Shown: positions 9,627-20,259 of the stretch, piece by piece | Layout: each line of letters starts with the position of its first letter | Numbering within the stretch: the stretch's first letter is position 1 | NCBI GenBank assembly: GCA_964446865.1 | Contig: CAYURD010000008.1 | Location: forward strand, 4,593-68,592 | Reading direction: 5' to 3' | Length of the DNA stretch: 64,000 nt | Origin: an uncultured Glaciecola sp. | GTDB taxonomy: Bacteria; Pseudomonadota; Gammaproteobacteria; Enterobacterales; Alteromonadaceae | Made by a program: the position numbers and the translations under genes | The notes under the pieces: model-generated | What the model saw: only the letters and a program-made list of their open reading frames with translations | Told to the model about the DNA's origin: nothing | Database searches by the model: none

Positions 9627-10505
9627 TTATTTAATCGGCTCAAAAAACCTAACAAACTCGGGTGGCAAGGCTTCAATTTTTTTAATATAAATATCTTTAT
9701 AAAACAATTCGGCAGCTTCGCTTTGCAGTTGAATTTTTCCTGCAATTAGCGGTTTCGAAACACCATCTATAACATTGCGAGAATTTTGCAATACCATCAC
9801 CACATGACCATTCACAATGTGCAAACTCTTACCATTAAAGGTGACGAGCTCTAGCTCGTTCCATTGCCCATGGGGATTTTCATGGTTATCTTTGCGCAGT
9901 ACAAAACCTTTAGTTTTTTCGCCTTTTCCTACCGGTAAAAATGGCTGATTTTCGTCAGCAACTGGGTTCATGATATATTCTGGTAAATAAGCTTTGATAT
10001 CTATTGCTGTTGTCACTTGATTCCAATAATCACCTATATGTCCTTGCATTATTTGAAACTCTTGCGAGATCATCCAAGACCGAAAATGCTCTTTACCATG
10101 TTCACCAATTGCATGATATAAAATACCGCTATCTTTAAGCTTGTGCAGTCTGGGCTCCCATTTAAGCTCGCCCCATCTAAATTTAAGCTTTAGACGATAG
10201 TTTTGATATGTCTCTTTGGTCGTGAGAGCACCATAGTATTCACCACTAACCCTCACTACAACTTCATCATCAATTTCTGTTGTGCTAAACACGTTTAATT
10301 GTTCGTTTTGGGTATTCAGGCCAATCGGTTCAATAAGATTGCCAAGCGCATCTTTAGGTGGAGAACCATCATAGCCATCTTTGTGCTTGAAGCTAATATA
10401 AGTATCCCAATTCGATAGGTCTGTATCTAGTAAAGGCGTCCACCCGTTTTGTGCATTTACACTAAAACATATGCTTATTAATAAACCCAACAAAGCAAAC
10501 TTCAT
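9627..10505 (-). CDS. Exported DUF1080 (3-keto-disaccharide hydrolase family) protein
   Basis: Signal peptide; NYRLKLKFRWG, DSGILYH, EFQI, GQWNELEL, IQLQSEAAELFYKDIYIK. Confidence 0.88.
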   Translation of the reverse strand: MKFALLGLLISICFSVNAQNGWTPLLDTDLSNWDTYISFKHKDGYDGSPPKDALGNLIEPIGLNTQNEQLNVFSTTEIDDEVVVRVSGEYYGALTTKETYQNYRLKLKFRWGELKWEPRLHKLKDSGILYHAIGEHGKEHFRSWMISQEFQIMQGHIGDYWNQVTTAIDIKAYLPEYIMNPVADENQPFLPVGKGEKTKGFVLRKDNHENPHGQWNELELVTFNGKSLHIVNGHVVMVLQNSRNVIDGVSKPLIAGKIQLQSEAAELFYKDIYIKKIEALPPEFVRFFEPIK

Positions 10506-10865
10506 GTTACCCCCTTTAATAACATTGACGACCGTTAATGTGCATCACCGTTTGAAGCCTTGAATCAACCTCGGTTGCCTTCTTTTTTTTCATTATGCAC
10601 ATATTCAATCCTTAACACACCTAATTTATATATGATAAATATGATTTACAAACAATATTTCCTTTTAACTTTGTTAGATAGACCTAAAATACAGAAAATT
10701 ATCGTTTTAAATCTCGATACGAATTGGATAGTAGTTATTAATTGTTAATTTTTCCCCTCAAGTTTGTTATGTTAAACAACTATTTTAAATGAATATATAA
10801 ATTATATCTTTTATATATAAATATTAATCGAGTTAACACTGTCATTTAACCGCTAAGGATTCTTT

Positions 10866-13800
10866 ATGCGCCTCTTCAAATCTCGGTTCCAAACCATTGC
10901 ATTGTCCTTTATATGCACAGTTACCTTGATTGCTTGTCAAGCCAACAGCGATGGGCACAATAAGTTAAGCGAAAAAGCTTCAACAAGCGCAGCCGAGAAT
11001 TCAACATTAAACCGCACTCAAGTCGACTTTAATAAAAACTGGCAGTTTCGCTTGGCCGACACACGAGGTGCATTTCTATTTGACGAGGTATCAAAACAGC
11101 AGCAATGGGAAACCATAGATGTTCCGCACGATTGGTCTGTTGCCCTTCCCTATACTCAGGAAAACACGGCGTCGAGCACCGGGTTTAAACAAGGTGGAAT
11201 TGGCTGGTATCGAAAGACCTTTGACATAAAAAAATCTGATTTCCAACGCACTCTATGGCTCGAATTTGATGGGATTTACAACAATTCGAGTATATGGATT
11301 AACGGCAGTTTTGCTGGCGAAAGACCTAACGGTTATACCAGCTTTAAAGTAGACCTAAATGAATACATGGTTGAAGGTGAAAACCAAATAAGCATTAAAG
11401 TAGACCGCACTGCATATAACGATTCACGTTGGTATACAGGGTCGGGAATTTATCGTGATGTGCGCTTGGTGAGCGTCAACAAACAGCACATTACGCATTG
11501 GGGTGTGCAAATAACAAGTCATAAAGTAAGCTCTAAAAGTGCGGAACTTGCGCTTAATACTACGCTTAATTTATCAACTCCTGCTAATCAACAAAACTTG
11601 CAGCTTATAAGCGAGATAAAAAATGCCAAGGGTGAACTTGTCGCCAGTGGCACTAAGCGTATTGATAGTCAATCGACTAGCACCCCCACTATTTTAACGA
11701 ACATTAAAATTGAACGACCAGCACTATGGCAATTAGATAAGCCTCATCTATATACCGCGCATATTAGCTTGAGCAGACAAAATGACGACGGCAACATGCA
11801 AACGCTCGATACTTACGAGCAGACTTTTGGCATTCGAAGTATTGCTTTTACTGCAGATAAAGGCTTCTTTCTTAATGGCAAGCAAACTAAAATCAAAGGC
11901 GTAAATTTACACCACGATGTAGGTGCACTTGGCGCTGCTGCGACAAAAGCGGCATGGCGGTATAGACTTAAAAAGCTCCAATCTATTGGCGTTAACGCCA
12001 TTCGCCTGTCACACAATCCACACTCCCCTCAGCTTCTTGAATTAGCCGACGAAATGGGCTTTTTAGTCATGGCAGAAACCTTTGACGATTGGTTACAAGC
12101 AAAAAAGAAAAGCGTTGTATTTTTGAGTGACAATGCCGGAAGCGGTGATGCTATCTCTTCGTATACCGAGCATTTTGCGAAATGGGCTGAGCGTGACTTA
12201 AGAGATTTAATAAAGCGTGATTTTAATCATCCTTCGGTCATCATGTGGAGCATAGGCAACGAAGTGGAATGGACGTATCCCTACTATTCTCAATCACAAA
12301 TGTTTGACGAAGAAAAAGCTGATTATTATGGGGCCAAACCGCCTATTTACGAACCTAAGCGCGTACTAGAGAATTATAAGAAGGTAAAAGGCGAAGGCCC
12401 TGATAATCTTAGCAGAACTGCTCACTATCTGACTAAGATTGTAAAATCAATCGATACATCTCGACCTGTTACCGCAGGTTTAGTTATACCATCAGTGGGT
12501 TTTGTATCAGGCTATACCGACGCCTTGGATGTTGTTGGATTTAACTACCGCGCTCAAGAATATGATACTGCGCATAAAACCTACCCTAATAAACCTATTA
12601 TTGGTTCTGAAAACTGGGGCACATGGGCTGAGTGGAACGCGGTTAAAGAAAGAGAATTTGTGCCTGGTATTTTTGTTTGGACGGGCTTTGCTTACAAAGG
12701 TGAAGCCGGTCCGTGGCCTCGCAAAGGACTAGAAATATCATTTTTCGACTTTGCTGGAAATAAGACACCTAGAGGTCACTTATTTGAAACACTCTGGGTC
12801 GAAAAGCCCAAAGTTTATATGGCAACGATTGCTGCAAAAGATTCTGAATATCAATTTGATAAAGATAAAGGTTGGACGTTTACCGAACGAGCGCACCCAA
12901 TTAAGCAAATGCAGTGGTTGCGTAAGTGGGAATGGTATGGGGTATCAGATACATGGAACTACAGTAAAAATGAAGATGTTACTGTGCATGTATACGCCAA
13001 TACTGAGCAAACAGAATTATTTATTAACGATAAATCATTAGGTAAACAAACGCTCAGTGATGCACAAAACGGCATTCTATTTTGGCAATTGCCCTTCGCG
13101 CAAGGCGAGCTAAAAGTAGTAGGCTACAATCAAGGGAAAAAAGTCGCTGAATATGCGCTAAATACTCACGGCGAAGCGGCCAAAATTGCGCTCCACCCTG
13201 ATAAACTTACCCTTAGCGCCGATACTTATGACCTTGCTCACATACATGCAAAAATTATTGACAAAAACGGGAATACCGTCGTTTTAGACTCAAAAGATGT
13301 GGAATTTACAGTAAGTGGCGCGGCTAATTTGGTGGCCGTAGATAATGGTTGGGAAAACAACGTGCAAATAGCGACTAACTCAAGCATCAACACGCATATG
13401 GGTAAGGCACTGGGGATTGTTCGAAGTAACGGCGAGAAAGGCGAAATAAGGGTTACTGCGCATGTTGAGGGATTGGCGCCGGTAAGCATCGTACTTCAAG
13501 CTGAAGACCCGTCGCATTTGAGCCAATTTACCTCCTTATTTAATGGTAAAGACTTAAATCAATGGACTGAAAAAACCTACGGATTTGCGGCAGGAAAAGA
13601 TCCCGACGCGACTTTTAGTGTGCACGAAGGGGCAATTCGGGTCGATTACACCCAGTATCAAGGTCAATTTAGTGACCGATTCTCACACCTATACTTCAAT
13701 CAAGCCTTTGAAAATTTTCATTTAAAACTCGAGTATCGCTTTAGAGGAGAGTTTTACCCCGGAGCGCCTAATCATGCGCTTTTAAACAGTGGCATTATGT

Positions 13801-14228
13801 TTCATTCTCAATCCCCTCAATCTATGCCAATAGAGCAAAACTGGCCATTGTCAGTAGAGATGCAGCTTTTAGCAGGCATTACTCCCGGTCAATCACGCAC
13901 CACAGGCAATGTTTGCACGCCAGGTACCGATGTTTCATTAAACAATACGGTTGCAAAGCCACACTGTATTTATTCTGACTCAGACACCTACTACGGCGAC
14001 CAATGGGTTAGCGCGGAATTGATTGTGAATAACAAAAAGGTATCGCAGTATATTAACGGTCAGCTTGTACTTGAATATACCGACCCTAAAATTGGGTTTA
14101 CTGGCACGATTAAAGGGATAGATAAAAATAAATGGTCGCCAGGACAAGCGCTAACACGAGGCTTTATTGGCCTACAAAGCGAAGGACATCCGGTCGACTT
14201 TCGAAACATATCTATTAAAGAGTTGTAA
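10866..14228 (+). CDS. GH2 glycoside hydrolase lipoprotein fused to a C-terminal DUF1080 domain
   Basis: Lipobox LIAC; VPHDWS, KGVNLHHD, RLSHNP, WSIGNE (acid/base), SENWG; from about 13527 LFNGKDL...NSGIMFH...EMQL...IGLQSEGHPVDFRNI. Confidence 0.92.
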   Translation: MRLFKSRFQTIALSFICTVTLIACQANSDGHNKLSEKASTSAAENSTLNRTQVDFNKNWQFRLADTRGAFLFDEVSKQQQWETIDVPHDWSVALPYTQENTASSTGFKQGGIGWYRKTFDIKKSDFQRTLWLEFDGIYNNSSIWINGSFAGERPNGYTSFKVDLNEYMVEGENQISIKVDRTAYNDSRWYTGSGIYRDVRLVSVNKQHITHWGVQITSHKVSSKSAELALNTTLNLSTPANQQNLQLISEIKNAKGELVASGTKRIDSQSTSTPTILTNIKIERPALWQLDKPHLYTAHISLSRQNDDGNMQTLDTYEQTFGIRSIAFTADKGFFLNGKQTKIKGVNLHHDVGALGAAATKAAWRYRLKKLQSIGVNAIRLSHNPHSPQLLELADEMGFLVMAETFDDWLQAKKKSVVFLSDNAGSGDAISSYTEHFAKWAERDLRDLIKRDFNHPSVIMWSIGNEVEWTYPYYSQSQMFDEEKADYYGAKPPIYEPKRVLENYKKVKGEGPDNLSRTAHYLTKIVKSIDTSRPVTAGLVIPSVGFVSGYTDALDVVGFNYRAQEYDTAHKTYPNKPIIGSENWGTWAEWNAVKEREFVPGIFVWTGFAYKGEAGPWPRKGLEISFFDFAGNKTPRGHLFETLWVEKPKVYMATIAAKDSEYQFDKDKGWTFTERAHPIKQMQWLRKWEWYGVSDTWNYSKNEDVTVHVYANTEQTELFINDKSLGKQTLSDAQNGILFWQLPFAQGELKVVGYNQGKKVAEYALNTHGEAAKIALHPDKLTLSADTYDLAHIHAKIIDKNGNTVVLDSKDVEFTVSGAANLVAVDNGWENNVQIATNSSINTHMGKALGIVRSNGEKGEIRVTAHVEGLAPVSIVLQAEDPSHLSQFTSLFNGKDLNQWTEKTYGFAAGKDPDATFSVHEGAIRVDYTQYQGQFSDRFSHLYFNQAFENFHLKLEYRFRGEFYPGAPNHALLNSGIMFHSQSPQSMPIEQNWPLSVEMQLLAGITPGQSRTTGNVCTPGTDVSLNNTVAKPHCIYSDSDTYYGDQWVSAELIVNNKKVSQYINGQLVLEYTDPKIGFTGTIKGIDKNKWSPGQALTRGFIGLQSEGHPVDFRNISIKEL

Positions 14229-14300
14229 GTCTTAGTGTGGAAAAAGAGTAAGTGGGTAATGGCAGGTGATAAACATTGAAAAACAAAGGACAACGATAAG

Positions 14301-15332
14301 ATGACTGACGCACTTCATCCGCGATTACACAAATTTACGACATATTCGCATGTTGTCATGTTGCTGTTTTCTATGCTTATCAGTTCGGCTGCCTTCTCTG
14401 CATCAAGTCAGCAAAACAACAAAACAAAAACCGACATGGTAAAAGCTAAACAAGCCTTTGTAAGTAATTGTCAGGCTTGTCACGCCTTAAACAAAAATCA
14501 AGTGGGGCCTTCTGTTGTTGAACTAAAAAAGCTCTATTCACCCGACAGTCTAGACGCATTTTTACAGTGGACTAAAAATCCTGGTAAAAAACGTGCCGAC
14601 AGCATTCAAATGCCAGCAATGTCACACTTAAGCGATAGTGTATTAAGCGATATTTTTGACTACATTCAACAAGCAAAGCCTCCTGTATTGTCGGCCGCTC
14701 GCAACAAACAAAAATTTGTGTTTAAAGCCCCTCCTAAGCAATACCCATATTACAAACGAACTTATATGCCTTTTGCGAGCCCAGCGGCGATTGCCATTAT
14801 GTTTTCTTGGGATGTGGGCTTAAGTTGGGATGCGACCAGCGCGCGTTTACGTTACGTGTTTAAAAGTCCGCAGTCATTTTTAAACGGCGAAAAGAATAAA
14901 GACACGTTAAGGCAATATATAGTGCATAGTGAAAGCACTGCTCAATTGTGGTCTTTTGCAGAGAATACAAACGCTGAATTTAAAGGTTATTCACTCAGCA
15001 AGGACTTACCTGTTTTTAAGTACAATTATGCAGATGTTCATATAAAAGAATGGTATACACCTGCAAATTACAGCGAAGGCTTTGGTTTTAACAGGCATTT
15101 TTCAATTAGTGGCCTACATAAAACAAGCGAAGATATTTGGTTAGATTTATCGCAAAATAACGACATCTCAAAACAATCAGCATATGACCTAAACATCATA
15201 CCCAATAAGGGGCGTGTCACTGAATATAAGCTGCTGTTGTCGCCTTCGCAAGCGCAAATGTTTTCCATCGAATATCAATTTAGCGCTAAAAAGAATACTG
15301 CAAACAATCAGCAAGAGGGTAACAATGAATAA
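14301..15332 (+). CDS. Exported monoheme cytochrome c with a C-terminal beta-rich domain
   Basis: CQACH heme motif, VGPS, distal Met in QMPAM; N-terminal signal/anchor. Confidence 0.85.
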   Translation: MTDALHPRLHKFTTYSHVVMLLFSMLISSAAFSASSQQNNKTKTDMVKAKQAFVSNCQACHALNKNQVGPSVVELKKLYSPDSLDAFLQWTKNPGKKRADSIQMPAMSHLSDSVLSDIFDYIQQAKPPVLSAARNKQKFVFKAPPKQYPYYKRTYMPFASPAAIAIMFSWDVGLSWDATSARLRYVFKSPQSFLNGEKNKDTLRQYIVHSESTAQLWSFAENTNAEFKGYSLSKDLPVFKYNYADVHIKEWYTPANYSEGFGFNRHFSISGLHKTSEDIWLDLSQNNDISKQSAYDLNIIPNKGRVTEYKLLLSPSQAQMFSIEYQFSAKKNTANNQQEGNNE

Positions 15333-16845
15333 GTGGATGCTCAATTTCGTGTTTGTGTTGTTTTTAGTCGCAAGCTTTACTGCAAACGCCGAGGTGAACT
15401 GGGAGCGTTACTATGTCATTGAGAACGTTCCGATTCCAAAGACAATTGACCCTCAGTTAGGTGGCCTTGTTGTTTTAAAGAACGGTAATATTGCTGGCGC
15501 ATTTCATCGCGGCGAAGTTGCTATATATGACACAAAAACAAAAAAATGGACCGTTTTTGCAAAAGGCTTGCACGAACCATTGGGCTTACTTGAAGCCAGC
15601 GATGGTAGCCTTATTACCATGCAAAAACCAGAATTAACCAAGCTAATCGATACCGACAACGACGGCATAGCCGATGAGTATCAAACGCTATCAGACCAAT
15701 TTGGCATGTCGGGAAATTATCACGAATTTGCTTTTGGCCCCGTACAAGATAGCAAAGGAAACTTATACTTTTCTCTTAATGTGGCTTCTAATTATGCCGG
15801 TATTTATGAACACATACGTGGAGACTTTAATACACTTGGCTTATCCAGAGAGGCGATGACCAATTGGCGTAATGAACAGTGGAAAACCGATACTAAGTTT
15901 AAAGCAGGACGCATGTTTTCAAAAGTGAATTACCGAGGATGGGTAATGCAAGTTTCTCCAAGCGGCCAAACAACTCCATTTGCACTCGGATTCCGCTCTC
16001 CTGATGGCATTTTTGTAGATAAACAAGATAGACTATGGGTCACCGACAACCAAGGCGATTGGCTTGGCACTAGTCCGCTTTATCAAGTCAATAAAGGCGA
16101 GTTTTATGGACACCCTGCATCGCTTGTATGGCAAGATGGCTGGGATAAAAACCCGGTAGATATGTCGGCTGATGAGTTAGATGCACTGCGTACGCCAGCG
16201 TCGGCATGGTTTCCTCAAGCTGAACTTGCAAATTCTCCTACGCAAATCATTTCGACAGTTGCTGCCAACAAATTTGGCTTACCTGAAAATGAGCTACTGA
16301 TTGGTGACATGAATCAACATCGTTTAATTAGATTCTTAGAAGATAAGGTCGATGGGTTTTCTCAAGGTACCTTGATCCCGTTTTTAGACACGCCTTCTTT
16401 AGGCATTGGCAATCATCGAATGAGCTTTGATAAAAAAGGCCAGCTTTGGATTGGCAAAACACACCTAGGCTGGGCTGGAGGCGAAGGGATACGAAAAATT
16501 ACTTGGAACAAAGAGAGTTTGTTTCTGGTAAATAAAGTGTCGCAAACAAAGCAGGGATTTATGCTTCAATTTAACAAGGCCATTAATGAGGAAACACTCA
16601 AGGTGGATATTGAGTCGCATGGTTATTTATATCATGGCGCTTATGGCTCTAAAAAAATCGACTTAACAGACATAAAGGCAAGCGAATTGACTGTTTCGGA
16701 TGACCAAAAAAGCGTGCACATATTACTGCCCGAACTCAAAGAAAATACGATGTACACCATAAAACTTAATAGTGTAAAAAGTGAGACAAATCAGGTACTA
16801 ATGGGCGATATACTGCGTTATACTTTGATAAAAAGAGTCCACTAA
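15325..16845 (+). CDS. Exported beta-propeller, glucose/sorbosone-dehydrogenase-like
   Basis: ATG at 15325 after GAGG, overlapping the cytochrome c stop; signal peptide; GLHEPLG, DTDNDGIADEY, YHEFAFGP, GFRSPDG, TDNQGDW, GEFYGHP. Confidence 0.75.
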   Translation: MNKWMLNFVFVLFLVASFTANAEVNWERYYVIENVPIPKTIDPQLGGLVVLKNGNIAGAFHRGEVAIYDTKTKKWTVFAKGLHEPLGLLEASDGSLITMQKPELTKLIDTDNDGIADEYQTLSDQFGMSGNYHEFAFGPVQDSKGNLYFSLNVASNYAGIYEHIRGDFNTLGLSREAMTNWRNEQWKTDTKFKAGRMFSKVNYRGWVMQVSPSGQTTPFALGFRSPDGIFVDKQDRLWVTDNQGDWLGTSPLYQVNKGEFYGHPASLVWQDGWDKNPVDMSADELDALRTPASAWFPQAELANSPTQIISTVAANKFGLPENELLIGDMNQHRLIRFLEDKVDGFSQGTLIPFLDTPSLGIGNHRMSFDKKGQLWIGKTHLGWAGGEGIRKITWNKESLFLVNKVSQTKQGFMLQFNKAINEETLKVDIESHGYLYHGAYGSKKIDLTDIKASELTVSDDQKSVHILLPELKENTMYTIKLNSVKSETNQVLMGDILRYTLIKRVH

Positions 16846-18392
16846 TATATTTGTATTGGGCTGTGTTTTGCTGGCGTATTGTCAACGTTAATCACAATTC
16901 TTCGGTAATCAAAAAGTTCAACAATGTCACTGTTGTCTCGCAGCTCCAAGATTAGGTGTATTTGCTTTCCTTTAGCGCCAGTGGGTATGCTTATGTGTGT
17001 TTTGGAGGCAGTGCTATCGCCAATGATTACTTGGCCAGGGTAGGTCCCCGCTTCTTGGTAAATCCACCAAGTAAAACGTAAATCATCGCCGTCAGGATCG
17101 CTAGACATAGAGGCATCCAGTTCAATGCGTTCTCCTGCGCTTGCAACGAGCTCTATTATGCTATTTGATGTGTCCCCGTTAAAAGCGGCAATAGGGTTAT
17201 GATTTGCATCATCAAACGATTTTACGCTCCAATCCATGCGTGCAATTTTGTCGTTGTACATCGCTTCTCGCCAACGCCAAATAGGAACATAGTCGTTGTT
17301 ATATATTTTTCCGTCTTGCGGGTCGACCCAATGATCACTGACTTCTCGGTAAGTATAAAATGGCGCTGATTTTTGCTCGTCTATCTTAATATCGGTATGT
17401 CTTGACCAAAAGTCAGATACTTTTTGTTGGCTAAAGCGTCCACCCCAACCGCCCCACGAGGGCTGATTAATATCAAATAATCCTTTATTTACTAATCCCA
17501 TCCACGGAATAGTACCGCCACCTTCCATAAAACCAATAAGATCCTTTGCCCAATTATCAGAACGCCTTACCGGATACATATCGCCCAAGGCACCGTGATC
17601 ATTCATGACGTGCTCTTGTAGCCATTTTAATTGGCCACGCGTACTTGTTTCGTAGGGACGCCAGTAATTTGGGCCAAGGTTGACGTTCATATCGCCATCG
17701 GTACCACCGGGCCCGCCATAAGCATAAGTTTGATAGTTACTTCTAATCCAATGGATTCGTGGGAATTGATTCGTGATCCAAGCACCCGCATTATCTTGGG
17801 CTCCATTTTCAAAAACGCGTAGTTTAGACACAAAGTGTTTTACTTCTTCCTTACTGTGGCTATTTCTGTAATCAAAAAGTGCTTGCGCTAGAGTATTTGA
17901 GCCTGCATTGACAACTATCCAAATGGGTCGGGGATCGTCTTTTGTGACCGCATCAATAATCAATTTGGAACCAGCACTTGAATTACCCTCTTTAACATCA
18001 TCTACGCCGTAGCCTTTTTGACCAGCAACCACAAGTTTCTTTAAATCTTCAGGCTCTGGCCACCCCGAGGCATGTTGTTTTAAGTTGTCTAAATCTTTTG
18101 CGTAGCTATCAATGATGTCAATAAAAAGCTCTGGATGAGTAATCTGATGGTAGTCGCCATGGGGTGAACCCGGACGAAGGTATTTTCCCGTAACAGCAAT
18201 TAAACCTTCAATATCAAACTCATTCGAATAAGTTATCATATGAATCATTTGCTGCACTTCGTCAGGCTCGTTACCCATATCAGCAAGTATAATTAAACGA
18301 TGATTATCATTGGTAGATAAGCGATGCCCATCACTTAATACACCCATGCTAAATGTTAGTATGCTGGTCAACAAAATCAGATTTTTTATCAT
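16842..18392 (-). CDS. DUF1593 nucleoside-hydrolase-like protein with C-terminal Ig/PKD-like domain
   Basis: Signal peptide; ADMGNEPDEVQ, NEFDIEGL, NTLAQAL, PSWGGWGGRF, LDASMSSDPDGD. Confidence 0.85.
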   Translation of the reverse strand: MIKNLILLTSILTFSMGVLSDGHRLSTNDNHRLIILADMGNEPDEVQQMIHMITYSNEFDIEGLIAVTGKYLRPGSPHGDYHQITHPELFIDIIDSYAKDLDNLKQHASGWPEPEDLKKLVVAGQKGYGVDDVKEGNSSAGSKLIIDAVTKDDPRPIWIVVNAGSNTLAQALFDYRNSHSKEEVKHFVSKLRVFENGAQDNAGAWITNQFPRIHWIRSNYQTYAYGGPGGTDGDMNVNLGPNYWRPYETSTRGQLKWLQEHVMNDHGALGDMYPVRRSDNWAKDLIGFMEGGGTIPWMGLVNKGLFDINQPSWGGWGGRFSQQKVSDFWSRHTDIKIDEQKSAPFYTYREVSDHWVDPQDGKIYNNDYVPIWRWREAMYNDKIARMDWSVKSFDDANHNPIAAFNGDTSNSIIELVASAGERIELDASMSSDPDGDDLRFTWWIYQEAGTYPGQVIIGDSTASKTHISIPTGAKGKQIHLILELRDNSDIVELFDYRRIVINVDNTPAKHSPIQIY

Positions 18393-18514
18393 TTATATAT
18401 GCTCTATGTTACGTTTTTCATTACTGTCACGATTGATACGACGGCTCAAACATTAAGCACCGCCACATAGTGTAATTGTGTTAGTAAGATTGAATACGTC
18501 CAAGTGCCCAGCCA

Positions 18515-20182
18515 TTAAAGCGCTTCGCCTGGATCTTCGCCACCAATGCCCACTTCAGCTTCTTCATATAAAGAAATTTTAAAAGTGAGTGCTATGTTGT
18601 TAGGCATTGTGGCTGGTTTGTCGATGATCAAACCTTCAGGGCTCATCGCCCAGCTTAACGCTTCTGCGCTGCCCAACAACTCAATACTTTTTATATTAGA
18701 TGTCAATGCCGTAAAATAACTACCGAGGGAGCGGATGGTAATATCGTTCGTCGGCGGCGCCATTACAAATGCAAAGAGAGTTTCGTCTCCTTTTTTTGTA
18801 AAACGAATGTCCTTATCAGTGTACCTTATCTTTTGTTTTTCGATTTTGTGTCCACCAAATCGAATGCGGGTAGGACCTTCGCCGAAGACTGTCCAGGGTC
18901 TCGTACCATAAACACCTTCACCATTAACGGCTAACCAATCGCCCATTTTTACCAGCAAATTTTGCATTTCTGGCGGAATCGAACCGTCTGGATTAGGCGG
19001 TACGTTCAGCAGCATTAATCCGTTTTTGGAGACAATGTCGATAAGAATGTCAACAATGTCATTTGGCTCTGCAAATTTAGCGTTTTCATAGTAAAACCAA
19101 GCCCCGGGCGAAGTATCTGTCATCCAAAACTGGTCTTTTTGTTTATTCGGACGCCCCCTTTCATAATCCAGTACACCAACCGATTCAGGGAATGAGGCGT
19201 TTTTGTAGTTAATCACCACTTCTTTGCCCCATTTTTGGGCTTGATTATAGTAATAAGCCACAAACTTTTTGCGATATTCTTCGTCTAGCTCTTCTACCCA
19301 CCAATCAAACCAAATTACGTCTGGCTGGTACTTATCTATCACCTCTTTTAATTTGGCAAACCACCTATCATGAAACAGTTTGCTTGGTTTAAAATCGGTC
19401 AACGCATGCTGTTCAGTATATAAATCTGCGGTGCCGGCGGTGGCATCAAAGTTATAGGCATTTGCAAAATATACCCAAGTAAACGCATGATGAAATGAGG
19501 TAAGAAACTTCATATCTTGCGCTTCAATTTCAGATTTTAATTCACCGGTAATGTCGATGCCAGTAAAGTCTTTTACATTCCAACGCGTGACTTCGCTGTC
19601 CCACATCGCAAAATTGTCGTGATGAATAGCCACTGGTCCAGCAAATTTAGCCCCCGACCGCTTAAATAGACTTGCCCACTCTTTGGCATCAAATTTAGTC
19701 GGTGAAAACTGTTCAATGATATCTTTATACCCGTGTTCTTTAAGGTCGCCGTGGGTAGATTTGTGATGCTCATATACATAAGACGGTTTAGGTAACTGTT
19801 TGTCACCAAAAAGCAGTTGTTCACCCGTTTTCCAGTCATACAATGTGTCCATGTACATGTCGAGGCCATACCAACCTGCAGGGTATTTTAACCCTATATT
19901 AGCCGTCGAAGTTGGCCCCCAATGCGCATAAATGCCAAGTTTAGCGTCTTGAAACCAGTCAGGGATATGATTGACTCGTGCCAAATCTTCCCAATCTTCT
20001 TTATAGGTATTAGTGGCAGTATTTGGCAGCTCATCGACCGTCGATGCGACGCTTTTTGTATCTGGGGATGAAGCTTGTTGTTGTTTTGCTGGCGTACAAG
20101 CACTCAAACAAAATAACGCACCAAAGACAAGCGCATTCGCTTGCGCAATATTAGTAAGATACTTCTTCATTTTATGCTTCAT
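18515..20182 (-). CDS. GH29 alpha-L-fucosidase family lipoprotein
   Basis: WFQDAKLGIYAHWG, HHDNFAMWDS, VIWFDW, DYERG, DIVSKNGLMLLNVPP; lipobox LSAC supports a start at 20182 or 20170, not 20302. Confidence 0.92.
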   Translation of the reverse strand: MKHKMKKYLTNIAQANALVFGALFCLSACTPAKQQQASSPDTKSVASTVDELPNTATNTYKEDWEDLARVNHIPDWFQDAKLGIYAHWGPTSTANIGLKYPAGWYGLDMYMDTLYDWKTGEQLLFGDKQLPKPSYVYEHHKSTHGDLKEHGYKDIIEQFSPTKFDAKEWASLFKRSGAKFAGPVAIHHDNFAMWDSEVTRWNVKDFTGIDITGELKSEIEAQDMKFLTSFHHAFTWVYFANAYNFDATAGTADLYTEQHALTDFKPSKLFHDRWFAKLKEVIDKYQPDVIWFDWWVEELDEEYRKKFVAYYYNQAQKWGKEVVINYKNASFPESVGVLDYERGRPNKQKDQFWMTDTSPGAWFYYENAKFAEPNDIVDILIDIVSKNGLMLLNVPPNPDGSIPPEMQNLLVKMGDWLAVNGEGVYGTRPWTVFGEGPTRIRFGGHKIEKQKIRYTDKDIRFTKKGDETLFAFVMAPPTNDITIRSLGSYFTALTSNIKSIELLGSAEALSWAMSPEGLIIDKPATMPNNIALTFKISLYEEAEVGIGGEDPGEAL

Positions 20183-20259
20183 CAAATATTGTTGTTCCAA
20201 AAGAGTACTTGTCATGCTCTGTGCATAGCTTTGTAGGCCGTTCGCTCTAATATACGAAA

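Noticed and set aside
10506-10865. Very AT-rich spacer sharing TATAAAAGAT with the 27721-28030 spacer
   Set aside because: The match is plausible by chance at this composition; no convincing operator resolved.
15214-15324. Cys-rich N-terminal extension of the propeller ORF
   Set aside because: It overlaps the cytochrome c gene; the SD and signal peptide support 15325.
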